A stretch of DNA of 24,354 bases from Ktedonobacterales bacterium (GCA_027311145.1 DAICZM010000015.1:1-24354); one strand, 5' to 3'. Counted from the first letter of the stretch, positions 7,715 through 15,957 are shown. The notes: generated from the sequence alone by a model not told the origin. Translations and numbers: made by a program.

Positions 7715-7744
7715 ATTATAGAGGAGCCATGCAAGTTTTGTCAA
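7715..7744 (-). promoter_or_regulatory. Sigma70-type promoter for the DAHP synthase leader. On the minus strand it has -35 TTGACA (7744..7739), an 18-nt spacer, and -10 TATAAT (7720..7715).
   Basis: Seen directly. Both hexamers are perfect consensus. The predicted TSS is near 7708, giving a ~55-nt 5' UTR before the leader-peptide ATG and a ~245-nt leader before the DAHPS ATG. Confidence 0.55.
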
Positions 7745-7784
7745 GGGGAACAGAAAATTGGTTTGTTCTCTCGCATGCCCCGGT

Positions 7785-7813
7785 TTGACTCATCAAGAGA
7801 GATTGTGTAAAAT
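7785..7813 (+). promoter_or_regulatory. Candidate promoter for the divergent GT-C glycosyltransferase gene. It has -35 TTGACT (7785-7790), a 17-nt spacer, and -10 TAAAAT (7808-7813).
   Basis: Seen directly. It lies 43 nt upstream of the ATG at 7856. Confidence 0.4.
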
Positions 7814-7855
7814 ACTCACAACAGTTTTTGACAAAGCAGTAGAGGCGACCTCCAC

Positions 7856-9565
7856 ATGAAATATCAGAAAATTGATATGTATGATCTCTATGCAGGCATT
7901 ATTATTGCGTGTGCCACAGGCCTGCGCGTGTTACTCGTTGCCCTGGGGTGGCCACCGACCAATGCGGACGAAGGTACAATGGGCATAATGGCTCTACACA
8001 TCGCCTATCACGGCGAGCATCCACTGCTTTTCTATGGGCAGGACTACATGGGATCGCTGGAAGCCTACCTGGGAGCCTTTTTTATGCATCTGTTTGGGCC
8101 TTCGCTCTTTGCCTTACGCCTGAGCGTCATTCTGCTCACGATGCTCTTCCTCATCAGCACCTACCTGCTAACACGCCTGCTCTTCTCAAAAGCACTTGGT
8201 TTGGTCACGCTGGCCTGTCTGAGTGTTGGCTCTATTTATGTGCTGACACGCGAAACGATTGCGACAGGTGGCACAACGCAAACGCTGCTTTTTGGTTCGC
8301 TGGCCTTTCTACTCGCCTCCTGGCTCACATTGACCTATCACCGCCCCAGCAGGCTATCGACGAAGCTATTGCGCATACCGTTCTATGCCTGTTGGGGTCT
8401 AGTGCTTGGCCTGGGTGTATGGAGCGATATGATCGTCTTGCCTTTTTTCGCGCTTGCCGGTCTGCTTCTACTTCTCTTCTGCTGGCGCGAGATCTTCTGG
8501 ACATGGCCAGTCATGCTTGGCGGCTTCCTGCTTGGCGCATATCCACTGCTTCTCTACAATCAGCAACAGACCCATCTGCAAGGTGAAACCTCGCTTATTA
8601 CACTTCTCAAGCTCTTTCAGGGTAGTACGACACAGGCTCCCCATACATTGGCAGGCGTGCTACACGGCATCGAGGGAACGCTCCTGGTTAGTGTGCCAAT
8701 GGCAACCAGTAACCCCTTCTGTCCCGTAATGGAGTTGCCCTGGCTCGGTGACACCAGTCCACACTCATTGAGCTGTACGATGATGCATGCCAGCGGCGGA
8801 CTGGGCTATCTGGCTCTGCTCCTGCTCTCGGCAATCATGACTATAGGAATTATCTGGCGTGTCCGCCCACAGCGAGATGAGGCTTTTGTGCGTGCCATAC
8901 AGGTGAAGACGGTAGCCCATTTTTGTATAACGGCAGCCGCTTTACTGGCAATCACCGCTTATGCCGTCAGTTCCGCCCCGATGAGCTGGCCCGGCTTTCA
9001 TGCCCGCTACCTCAGTAGCTTGTTGATCGCCACTCCCGTTGTCCTCGCTCCACTTTGGGCAGGAGCAAACCAGATGGGACAGCAGACAACCTTCTGGCAT
9101 CAGCTAGGACGCTATGGTAGTCGCACCTTGCTCGCGCTGATCTGCGTCTTTCTGCTGATCGGTACAGGTATCCTTGTAAGCGAGATTCCCGCCGCGCAAG
9201 CCGCCAATCGACACGAGGCCGACTTGATTCAGCAGGTAGAGAAGATGGGCATCACCCACCTCTATACCGATTACTGGTCTTGCGACAATATGGCTTTTCT
9301 CAGTGACGAACATCTCATTTGTAGCGTGGTTGATAACAACTTGCAACCAAGCCATAACCGCGTACCCAATTACCAGAATATTGTCGGTAGCGATACCTGT
9401 GCAGCCTATGTCTTCCCTACGACAGCAACACAACTTCAAGCCCTGCTGCGCAAAGTTGCGCTGGCTCCTAAGCACTATCGGCATGTCGTGGCTGATAACT
9501 ATAGTATCTACCAGCCACTCTGCTCATCAGGCATGGTATCAAGTCCGTCCGGCAGTAGGCCATGA
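7856..9565 (+). CDS. Polytopic membrane protein, likely a GT-C fold glycosyltransferase (ArnT/PMT-like, GT39/GT83 type).
   Basis: 569 aa with more than 10 hydrophobic helices. An early extracytoplasmic DE motif (PPTNADEGTMGIMALHI...GQDYMGSLEAYLGAFF) resembles the conserved first-loop DE/Y motif of COG1807-type glycosyltransferases. The soluble C-terminal domain spans about 130 aa. The 3' end overlaps the convergent response-regulator gene by ~58 bp. Confidence 0.6.
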   Translation: MKYQKIDMYDLYAGIIIACATGLRVLLVALGWPPTNADEGTMGIMALHIAYHGEHPLLFYGQDYMGSLEAYLGAFFMHLFGPSLFALRLSVILLTMLFLISTYLLTRLLFSKALGLVTLACLSVGSIYVLTRETIATGGTTQTLLFGSLAFLLASWLTLTYHRPSRLSTKLLRIPFYACWGLVLGLGVWSDMIVLPFFALAGLLLLLFCWREIFWTWPVMLGGFLLGAYPLLLYNQQQTHLQGETSLITLLKLFQGSTTQAPHTLAGVLHGIEGTLLVSVPMATSNPFCPVMELPWLGDTSPHSLSCTMMHASGGLGYLALLLLSAIMTIGIIWRVRPQRDEAFVRAIQVKTVAHFCITAAALLAITAYAVSSAPMSWPGFHARYLSSLLIATPVVLAPLWAGANQMGQQTTFWHQLGRYGSRTLLALICVFLLIGTGILVSEIPAAQAANRHEADLIQQVEKMGITHLYTDYWSCDNMAFLSDEHLICSVVDNNLQPSHNRVPNYQNIVGSDTCAAYVFPTTATQLQALLRKVALAPKHYRHVVADNYSIYQPLCSSGMVSSPSGSRP

Positions 9566-10353
9566 CGAAGCGCGAAAATAGCCACCTGCGTGCGGTCACG
9601 GACATGGAGCTTCTGGAAAATCGTAGAAAGGTAATTCTTGACCGTCTTCTCGGAATAAGCGAGACGATCAGCAATCTCTTTGTTGCTCATGCCTGCCGCG
9701 ACATGGCGAATAATGCTGCACTCTTTCTCGCTCAGCGTTTCTTGGAGCGGACTTGCGGACGCGGACTCCGCGAGGCGGCGATATTCATGCACCAGCATAT
9801 CGGTCAGTTGTGGCACAACATAGGTTCCTCCCTCAAAAACGGCGCGAATGGCCTGTGCGACATCGCGGATTGAAGAGCTTTTGAGCAGGTAGCCACGTGC
9901 GCCATTTTTCATAGCTTGTAACATGTGTTGTTGTTGCTGATGCATCGTCAACATAATCACAGCGGTATCAGGGAAAGCCTGTGTCACATGTTGAGTCAGC
10001 GTGATGCCATCGACGACCGGCAGATGGATATCCATCAAAATCACGTCTGGGCGCAAGAGGCGGACCTGACTTAGCACGTCCAGTCCATTGCCAACCTCGC
10101 CAATGACTTGCATATCTTGTTCTAGTTCCAGTAGGCGTCGTATGCCTTCACGCACGAGCGCGTGGTCATCAACCAGTAACAAGCGAATAACACGGGTTGC
10201 AAGCAGAGGAGCGCGCTCATACTTCACGCCATCTACATGCGCCATCGGCTCGTCTATCAGCACAGGTGTTGTACATGTGGCATACCTGTCATTGCTCATG
10301 TTAAGGGACACGCTAAAGCGGTCCTTACTGCTTCCATTACTTATAGAATGCAT
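9508..10353 (-). CDS. NarL/FixJ-family response regulator (REC + LuxR-type HTH) with a ~55-aa N-terminal extension.
   Basis: The receiver is IRLLLVDDHALVREGIRRLLE...DVILMDIHLPVVDGITL...AVIMLTMHQ. The HTH is LSEKECSIIRHVAAGMSNKEIADRLAYSEKTVKNYLSTIFQKLHVRDRTQVA. The ORF-track start at 10356 is GTG. The adjacent ATG at 10353 has AAAGGA 6 nt upstream, so I called the start there. No histidine kinase gene is adjacent. Confidence 0.85.
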   Translation of the reverse strand: MHSISNGSSKDRFSVSLNMSNDRYATCTTPVLIDEPMAHVDGVKYERAPLLATRVIRLLLVDDHALVREGIRRLLELEQDMQVIGEVGNGLDVLSQVRLLRPDVILMDIHLPVVDGITLTQHVTQAFPDTAVIMLTMHQQQQHMLQAMKNGARGYLLKSSSIRDVAQAIRAVFEGGTYVVPQLTDMLVHEYRRLAESASASPLQETLSEKECSIIRHVAAGMSNKEIADRLAYSEKTVKNYLSTIFQKLHVRDRTQVAIFALRHGLLPDGLDTMPDEQSGW

Positions 10354-10448
10354 CACGGGTCCTTTATCAACAAAAAAACACTACAAGAACAATCTGTTCC
10401 CTAAGATATTTTCCTTGCTCTCAGTATAACAAGGTCAGAGAAATTTTC

Positions 10449-10466
10449 ATCACCCATCTGGGTGAT
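10449..10466. promoter_or_regulatory. Perfect 18-bp palindrome ATCACCCATCTGGGTGAT in the divergent promoter region between the NarL-type regulator and the HD hydrolase. A second imperfect palindrome (TTTTCTGGCAAGGCTTGCCATTTTGTCAGAAAA) lies at ~10466-10498.
   Basis: Seen directly. Dyad-symmetric operators are typical of LuxR/NarL-type HTH regulators, but which protein binds is not determinable from sequence. Confidence 0.3.
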
Positions 10467-10547
10467 TTTCTGGCAAGGCTTGCCATTTTGTCAGAAAATA
10501 GAAGATAGGACAATCACAGTGAAAGGACGGAGAGATTTCTCCTGAAC

Positions 10548-11210
10548 ATGATGGAAATAACACAGCGCGCAGAACACACACTGGCTCAAACCTACACGGA
10601 AGTACAGCAACGTTTTACTGGTCTGGATGATCTGGCACACGGCTGGGAACATATTCAGCGCGTCTATACGCTGGCTCTCCATATCGCGGAACGTGAGGGG
10701 GCTGACCACTTTATTGTCGGCATGGCGGCACTCTTGCATGATTTAGGACGCACCGTCCCATCTCAACACGATGCCCATCACGCCGACCAATCGGTGACAC
10801 TGGCGCACGAGCTACTCACGCGCTATGAGGTTCCACGTGAAACGCAAGAGGCGATCATACATGCAATCGTTGCACATAGTTTCAGTAAGGGGCTGCAACC
10901 AGAAACATTAGAGGCATATGTGGTACGCGACGCTGATCGACTCGATGGCTTGGGAGCGATTGGCATCCTGCGCTGGGCCGTGACCGGAGCTGTGCGCCGA
11001 ACCGCCGCGACACGCTCCTACCATCCCGATGACCCTTTCGCGGAGCAGCACCCGCTCGACGATCAGCATTATATGCTCGATCACTTTTACCGCAAGCTGT
11101 TCAAACTGGGTGAGACAATGGGAACCGAGACAGGCCGCGCGCTGGCGCAACAACGTACCGCCTTCATGCGCAGCTATCTCGATGAGTTTCGGCATGAGTT
11201 GGAGCTTTAG
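10548..11210 (+). CDS. HD-domain metal-dependent phosphohydrolase (COG1418-like).
   Basis: 220 aa. The H...HD...H...D pattern is present: HIQRVYTLALHIAE, LLHDLGR, IIHAIVAHSF, RDADRLDGLGA. Confidence 0.8.
   Translation: MMEITQRAEHTLAQTYTEVQQRFTGLDDLAHGWEHIQRVYTLALHIAEREGADHFIVGMAALLHDLGRTVPSQHDAHHADQSVTLAHELLTRYEVPRETQEAIIHAIVAHSFSKGLQPETLEAYVVRDADRLDGLGAIGILRWAVTGAVRRTAATRSYHPDDPFAEQHPLDDQHYMLDHFYRKLFKLGETMGTETGRALAQQRTAFMRSYLDEFRHELEL
10829..10844. other. Degenerate parS-like palindrome GGTTCCACGTGAAACG, a 13/16 match to TGTTTCACGTGAAACA, inside the HD gene.
   Basis: Seen directly. It lies ~1 kb from parB, and chromosomal parS sites are commonly intragenic near parAB. It is the only CACGTG-centred match I found by eye. 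Confidence 0.25.
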
Positions 11211-11237
11211 CACAAATTTACACAACAACGCGGTCAA

Positions 11238-11278
11238 ACATGATGGCATACCTATCCATGACACCCGCAAGGGGTGTC
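11238..11278. repeat. Partial copy of the palindromic repeat element. GTCAAACATGATGGCATACCTATCCATGACACCC is a 30/34 match to the left arm of the element at 15958-16084. It is followed by a GACACCC/GGGTGTC hairpin.
   Basis: Seen directly by comparing the two intergenic regions. It sits between convergent genes (HD + and DinB-like -). Confidence 0.4.
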
Positions 11279-11279
11279 A

Positions 11280-11756
11280 CTACATCTCTCGCATTTTTGC
11301 CAGTTGTTGCGCGTGCTGCTGATCGTGGAACGGCAAGACATTCACGAGTTGATAGAATTTGCGTTCGCCCCACTCGACGTGGCGGAAGGGACGCTCCCAG
11401 GCCACATCGGGTAGAGCGGAGAGATATTCAAAAAGTTCTTCGCGGCGGGCGGCCATCCCCGCCAAGACGGCATCAAGTGATGCGGGCGGCTCGGCCTCAC
11501 GGGTGGCCTGCGGAGCCTGCTCAGCCACATTGGCGATCAGCGGATTATCCTCTTGTTGAACCAGACGCATCTGCTCTAAAGCTAGCCCATCGGCAATATA
11601 GAGATGATAGGCAATTTGCAGTGGCGACCACTCACCCTCTGCCGTATAGAGTGATAGCGCGTCTTTGCTGAATTTTGCTAGCTGCCCCATAAACTCAATC
11701 CGTGCCGCTACCATTTTGCGCCGAATTTTTTCAAATGGACGTTCAACCGTCGTCAT
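11280..11756 (-). CDS. DinB_2/YfiT-like (DinB superfamily, four-helix-bundle metal-dependent) protein.
   Basis: ~158 aa. The start was trimmed to the ATG at 11756, which has GGAGGG 6 nt upstream. The ORF-track start is GTG. Features are WSPLQIAYHLYIADG...and a C-terminal HDQQHAQQL, matching the His-rich motifs of DinB_2 proteins. Confidence 0.65.
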   Translation of the reverse strand: MTTVERPFEKIRRKMVAARIEFMGQLAKFSKDALSLYTAEGEWSPLQIAYHLYIADGLALEQMRLVQQEDNPLIANVAEQAPQATREAEPPASLDAVLAGMAARREELFEYLSALPDVAWERPFRHVEWGERKFYQLVNVLPFHDQQHAQQLAKMREM

Positions 11757-11791
11757 ACACACCCTCCAATGCACTCATTGCGACTACGCGC

Positions 11792-12802
11792 TTACTCTTC
11801 GCGTTTTACCAACTGGTTATAGAGACGTTCCAGTTCTTCCTGGTCATTAAAATGCAGTACTAACGTGCCCTTACCCCTGGCATTGCGTTTCAGGTCCACT
11901 TTGACTAACAAGGCATCGCGAAAATGGCTCTCCAGGGTAACCAATTCAGGGGAACGCGCTAGCGTTGTAATCTGCTGGATTGCCGCATCCTGCTCCTGGC
12001 CCGCCTTGATCTGCGCCGCCAGTTCTTCGGCCTGCCGCACATTGAGACGCAAGGTGATAATTTTGCCCATAGCGGTGATCTGGTCTTCCTCACGCTCAAT
12101 GCCAATCAAAGCGCGGGCATGGCCTTCAGTAAAATATTCGGATTGGCTCATCAGGGCTTCACGCACCTTAGGGGCAAGCTGCAAGAGACGTAGCGAGTTG
12201 GTGATTGTCGTGCGATCTTTACCTACCCGTTTCGCTACCATTTCCTGCGTCATGCCAAACTCCTGCACGAGGGACTGGTAGGCCAGGGCTTCTTCGATGG
12301 GGTTGAGATCGGCCCGCTGAATATTCTCAATCAGGGCCATTTCTAGCATTTGCTGCGGCGTGACATCTTTAATGACAATGGGGATTGTTGTCAGGCCTGC
12401 CAAGCGAGAGGCCCGCCAGCGGCGTTCTCCGGCAATAATTTGGTATTGAAGAGCTTTTACGATCTCTGGAACTGGCTCTCGGCCCTCCTCTTGCCCAAAC
12501 CATGCGGCGGGATTTGGCCGCGTCTCCCTGATGAGCTTGCCATCATCCTGATTGAGGCGCGCAACGACAATCGGCTGAATCAAGCCATGCTCTTTAATGG
12601 AGTCGCGCAATTCGAGCAAGCGCGGATCATCCTCGCGAAAGATGCGACGCGGCTGACGTGGGTTGGGTATGATACTGTCAATTGGCACTTCCTGCACACT
12701 CTCCACGTCAGTACGAGCGGGTTGTGATGTTCCCATCACCTCTGAGGCCCCAGAGATGAGCGCATCGAGGCCGCGCCCTAGACCAAATTTCTGCTTAGCC
12801 AC
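11792..12802 (-). CDS. parB: Chromosome-partitioning protein ParB/Spo0J.
   Basis: The N-terminal GLGRGLDALI box is present. IQPIVVAR...GERRWRASRLAGLTTIPIVIKDV...LIENIQRADLNPIEEALAY are the ParB box II/III and HTH regions. It overlaps parA by 8 nt. Confidence 0.95.
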   Translation of the reverse strand: MAKQKFGLGRGLDALISGASEVMGTSQPARTDVESVQEVPIDSIIPNPRQPRRIFREDDPRLLELRDSIKEHGLIQPIVVARLNQDDGKLIRETRPNPAAWFGQEEGREPVPEIVKALQYQIIAGERRWRASRLAGLTTIPIVIKDVTPQQMLEMALIENIQRADLNPIEEALAYQSLVQEFGMTQEMVAKRVGKDRTTITNSLRLLQLAPKVREALMSQSEYFTEGHARALIGIEREEDQITAMGKIITLRLNVRQAEELAAQIKAGQEQDAAIQQITTLARSPELVTLESHFRDALLVKVDLKRNARGKGTLVLHFNDQEELERLYNQLVKREE

Positions 12803-13565
12803 GAGCCATTACCTCCTCGGCAAGTGCGCGATAGGCCATTGCTCCTGGCGAATGAGGATCGTAATCGAGAATGGATTGCCCGAAGCTAGGAGCCTCGCTC
12901 AGACGCACGTTGCGACTGATGACTGTTTGAAAGACTTCAGTGGGGAAGTGGTTACGAACCTCACGCACAATATCGCCCGCAAGTCGGGTACGGGGGTCAA
13001 ACATGGTGAGAACGACGCCAGCAACATACAGGCTGGGATTGAGCTTTGATTTTACAATATTGACGGTATTGAGCAATTGGCTCAAGCCCTCTAAGGCCAG
13101 ATACTCGCACTGGATAGGAATAATCAGACCATCGGCAGCGACCAGCGCATTAATTGTCAACAAACCCAGCGACGGGGGACAATCAATAATGATATAATCG
13201 CAGCGACTTTTAATTGGCTCTAAGGCCTGTCGTAGCTTATTCTCACGTGCAATCTCACCCACCAGTTCCATCTCTGCACCAGCCAGATCAACGGTGCAGG
13301 GAGCTACTACCAGTTCGCGTCGGGCTGTCGGCACAATCACATCAAAGATTGTGACTTCTTCATCCGGTTGCACGAGCAGATCATAAATAGTATATTGCCT
13401 GACATTTTTTAATACACCAATACCGCTCGACGTGTTCGCCTGGGGGTCCATATCTACCAATAAGACCTTACGCCCTGCTGCTGCTAGATACGTAGCAAGA
13501 TTGATTGAGGTTGTGGTTTTACCCACGCCCCCTTTCTGATTGGTAATCGCAAATATTTTTGACAC
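12795..13565 (-). CDS. parA: Chromosome-partitioning ATPase ParA/Soj.
   Basis: The deviant Walker A KGGVGKTTTSINLA, the VLLVDMDPQAN segment and the full Soj architecture are present (256 aa). Confidence 0.95.
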   Translation of the reverse strand: MSKIFAITNQKGGVGKTTTSINLATYLAAAGRKVLLVDMDPQANTSSGIGVLKNVRQYTIYDLLVQPDEEVTIFDVIVPTARRELVVAPCTVDLAGAEMELVGEIARENKLRQALEPIKSRCDYIIIDCPPSLGLLTINALVAADGLIIPIQCEYLALEGLSQLLNTVNIVKSKLNPSLYVAGVVLTMFDPRTRLAGDIVREVRNHFPTEVFQTVISRNVRLSEAPSFGQSILDYDPHSPGAMAYRALAEEVMARG

Positions 13566-13731
13566 GGATTGCTACCGTACCTTTCGTCTCACCAGAACAA
13601 TTTAGACAAAACTCAACTTCGTATGTTACGAACATTGTAACAAATGTACAGGTGAGAAGCAACAGCTACAAACTTTTTGTGCCAAGCATACTGCATCGAA
13701 AAGCAACAGCCTTCGTGTGACACAACACCGC

Positions 13732-14238
13732 TTACAATGTTACACGATTTCCTCCTGCGGGCATCGTAAAGCGCAGAAAACCGCCCATGGCCAGACGCAC
13801 ACAGATCACCCATAGCGTAAAGAGGGCGAAAAGCAGAGCAGCAGTCTTGAGTTCGTAGATGCCAAAGTCCGCCAGCGTGAGGTGATTGGGACCACTAGTC
13901 ATCAAACGTAGCAGAGCTGAACCCTGTTGCGTGCCAAAGAGATTGACAGGCATGCCAAAAGCCAGCGTGATGAACAGATCAATGACGAAACAGATGGCCG
14001 CCAGACGCGGCCCAAGCCACCAAAAGCGTTTGCTCAACCGCTCACGTTTGGTCGATGCCATGCGTCGCGTAGCCCACACTGGGGCAAGCAGGTATTGGAG
14101 CGACAAAAAAACAAGTGGCGCAACCACAAAAACCCAAGCGGGAAAGACTGATGGGTTGATGAGTGCGCCAAGACGGCCCAGCGTGTAGAGGATCACACCC
14201 TCTAGCACGCCCCGCCGATAACTAAGCGTATTAAACAT
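13732..14238 (-). CDS. Hypothetical integral membrane protein with ~4 TM helices.
   Basis: 168-aa ORF with hydrophobic segments. AGGGA lies 9 nt upstream of the ATG at 14238. It starts 18 nt after the FmdB-like gene, so it is likely co-transcribed with it. Confidence 0.55.
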   Translation of the reverse strand: MFNTLSYRRGVLEGVILYTLGRLGALINPSVFPAWVFVVAPLVFLSLQYLLAPVWATRRMASTKRERLSKRFWWLGPRLAAICFVIDLFITLAFGMPVNLFGTQQGSALLRLMTSGPNHLTLADFGIYELKTAALLFALFTLWVICVRLAMGGFLRFTMPAGGNRVTL

Positions 14239-14256
14239 AGCGGCTATCCCTGATGT

Positions 14257-14487
14257 CTAGTGGCAACCACAGCCACCACCGCCGCAGCCACAACTGCCCA
14301 TCGAAGGGGCCGAATCAGAACCATCAGCAGTGGCCACATCGCTACGCGGTGCAGCAAACACTGAGAGCAAGCGACGCACCTTCTCGCTATGGCATTTCAT
14401 GCAGACAATATCATCAGCATGTTTATGGCTCACCAGCAGCTCAAATTTTGATTGGCAATTTGAGCAGTAATACTCATACAATGGCAT
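14257..14487 (-). CDS. FmdB-family zinc-ribbon protein with a C-terminal Cys/Gly tail.
   Basis: The start was trimmed to the ATG at 14487, with GGAGG 10 nt upstream. MPLYEYYCSNCQSKFELLVS...IVCMKCHSEKVRRLLSVF matches the FmdB zinc-ribbon consensus (MPxYEYxCxxCgxxFE...CpxCgs..vrR). The tail is GSCGCGGGGCGCH. Confidence 0.7.
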   Translation of the reverse strand: MPLYEYYCSNCQSKFELLVSHKHADDIVCMKCHSEKVRRLLSVFAAPRSDVATADGSDSAPSMGSCGCGGGGCGCH

Positions 14488-14696
14488 AAAGATACAACCT
14501 CCATCTATTGGAAACACCTTCTCTGTACAAATATTGTAGTGTCTTCTGCGCTTATCGTCAAGGAGCAGAATGTACAACCTTGCATACGCTCCGGCTTCCT
14601 CTCGACAGCCGATTGTCGCTATGATACACTCCCAAGAAAGAGAGAAACACCTCACAACAGAAAAAAGATTCTATCCAGCAAAAGGATTGTTCTAAA

Positions 14697-15866
14697 ATGG
14701 CTCTTACAATTGGTATTATTGGTTTGCCCCAAAGCGGCAAAACCACCCTGTTCAATGCCCTGACAAAGGCGGGCGCGCCCATCGGCGGCTACGCGACCAG
14801 CACCGTGCAGGCCAACGTCGCTATCATCCAGGTTCCCGACGCGCGTCTGCAACCGCTTGCCGAGATTTTTCATCCGAAAAAAGTGACGCCTACCACCGTC
14901 AAGTTCGTCGATGTGGCTGGTATGGGTCAGGCCACACAGAGCGCGAAGGAGAAGCACGAGGGACTGAGCGCGGAATTCCTGGGCCACATTCGCAACGCCG
15001 AAGCTCTGGCTATCGTCCTGCGCACCTTCGCCAATAGCAATGTCCCACATGTCTACGATACAATTGACCCCATGCGCGACCTCGAGAGTCTGAATGCCGA
15101 GCTGACCTTGACCGACCTTGCCTCGGTCGAGCAACGCATTGAGCGCACAAAAAAGGATGCCAAATCGGGTGATAAGAAATTTCTACAGGAGTTAGAGACA
15201 CTGCGCAAGATGCAAGAGGTCCTCAACGAGCTAAAACTGGCAAGCCAGGCCTCGCTTGAGAGCCAGGAGCAAGGAATAATGAAAGACCTGTTCCTGCTCA
15301 CCATGAAGCCGCGCATGTATGTTCTCAATGTCAGCGAGGACATTCTGGGCGAGGCCAACAACGTGCTTGAGCAGATTGCGCGAGGAGAAACGGTTGGCAC
15401 GCTAGAGGGCGAACTTAAAGGCATTGCGGGCATTGCCCAACATGCCAGGAACGAGGGAGCAGAGATTGTCGCCGTCTCTGCGCGCCTCGAAGCCGAACTG
15501 GCCGAACTGCCCGAAGCGGATGCTCAGGAGTACCTCGAATCGCTCGGCCTGCCCAAACTGGGAGCGGACCGCGTCATTCAGGTCGGCTATCGTCTGCTTA
15601 ACCTCATCACCTTCCTAACGGCTGGCGAGGACGAGGTGCGCGCCTGGACAGTGACGAAGGGCGCAAAGGCTCCCGAAGCGGCGGGCAAGATTCACTCCGA
15701 TATCGAGCGCGGCTTTATTCGCGCCGAGGTCACGCGCTTCGAGGATTTCATGGCCTGTGGCTCATTCGCCGCTGCCTCCAAGAAGGGCTTACAACGCCTC
15801 GAAGGCAAGGATTACGTGATACAGGACGGTGATATCGCGCATTTCCGTTTTAATGTTGGTCGCTAA
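14697..15866 (+). CDS. ychF: Ribosome-binding ATPase YchF (Obg-family GTPase/ATPase).
   Basis: IGIIGLPQSGKTTLFNALT (G1), NxxE-type G4 and the TGS C-terminal domain are present. ...KIHSDIERGFIRAEV...DYVIQDGDIAHFRFNV is collinear with E. coli YchF. Confidence 0.95.
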   Translation: MALTIGIIGLPQSGKTTLFNALTKAGAPIGGYATSTVQANVAIIQVPDARLQPLAEIFHPKKVTPTTVKFVDVAGMGQATQSAKEKHEGLSAEFLGHIRNAEALAIVLRTFANSNVPHVYDTIDPMRDLESLNAELTLTDLASVEQRIERTKKDAKSGDKKFLQELETLRKMQEVLNELKLASQASLESQEQGIMKDLFLLTMKPRMYVLNVSEDILGEANNVLEQIARGETVGTLEGELKGIAGIAQHARNEGAEIVAVSARLEAELAELPEADAQEYLESLGLPKLGADRVIQVGYRLLNLITFLTAGEDEVRAWTVTKGAKAPEAAGKIHSDIERGFIRAEVTRFEDFMACGSFAAASKKGLQRLEGKDYVIQDGDIAHFRFNVGR

Positions 15867-15957
15867 GAATACGCCTGTGTACGGATGCAGATATCTCGAA
15901 AAGCCCACAATTCCGCATCCGTACCCATTCTCTCCTGCATTTTCCCCGTCCCTACGG

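Noticed and set aside
11240-11671. 143-aa Arg-rich ORF on the plus strand
   Set aside because: It is entirely antisense to the well-supported DinB-like gene. Its extreme Arg/Pro composition is typical of out-of-frame GC-rich translation.
14488-14655. Long N-terminal extension of the FmdB ORF (MRCFSLSWECIIATIG...)
   Set aside because: It has no homology. The canonical FmdB start MPLYEY has GGAGG upstream, and the extension would consume the divergent promoter region.
14652-15134. 160-aa minus-strand ORF, and 15053-15433 minus ORF
   Set aside because: They are antisense to ychF, which is unambiguous. They have no RBS and their composition is low-complexity.
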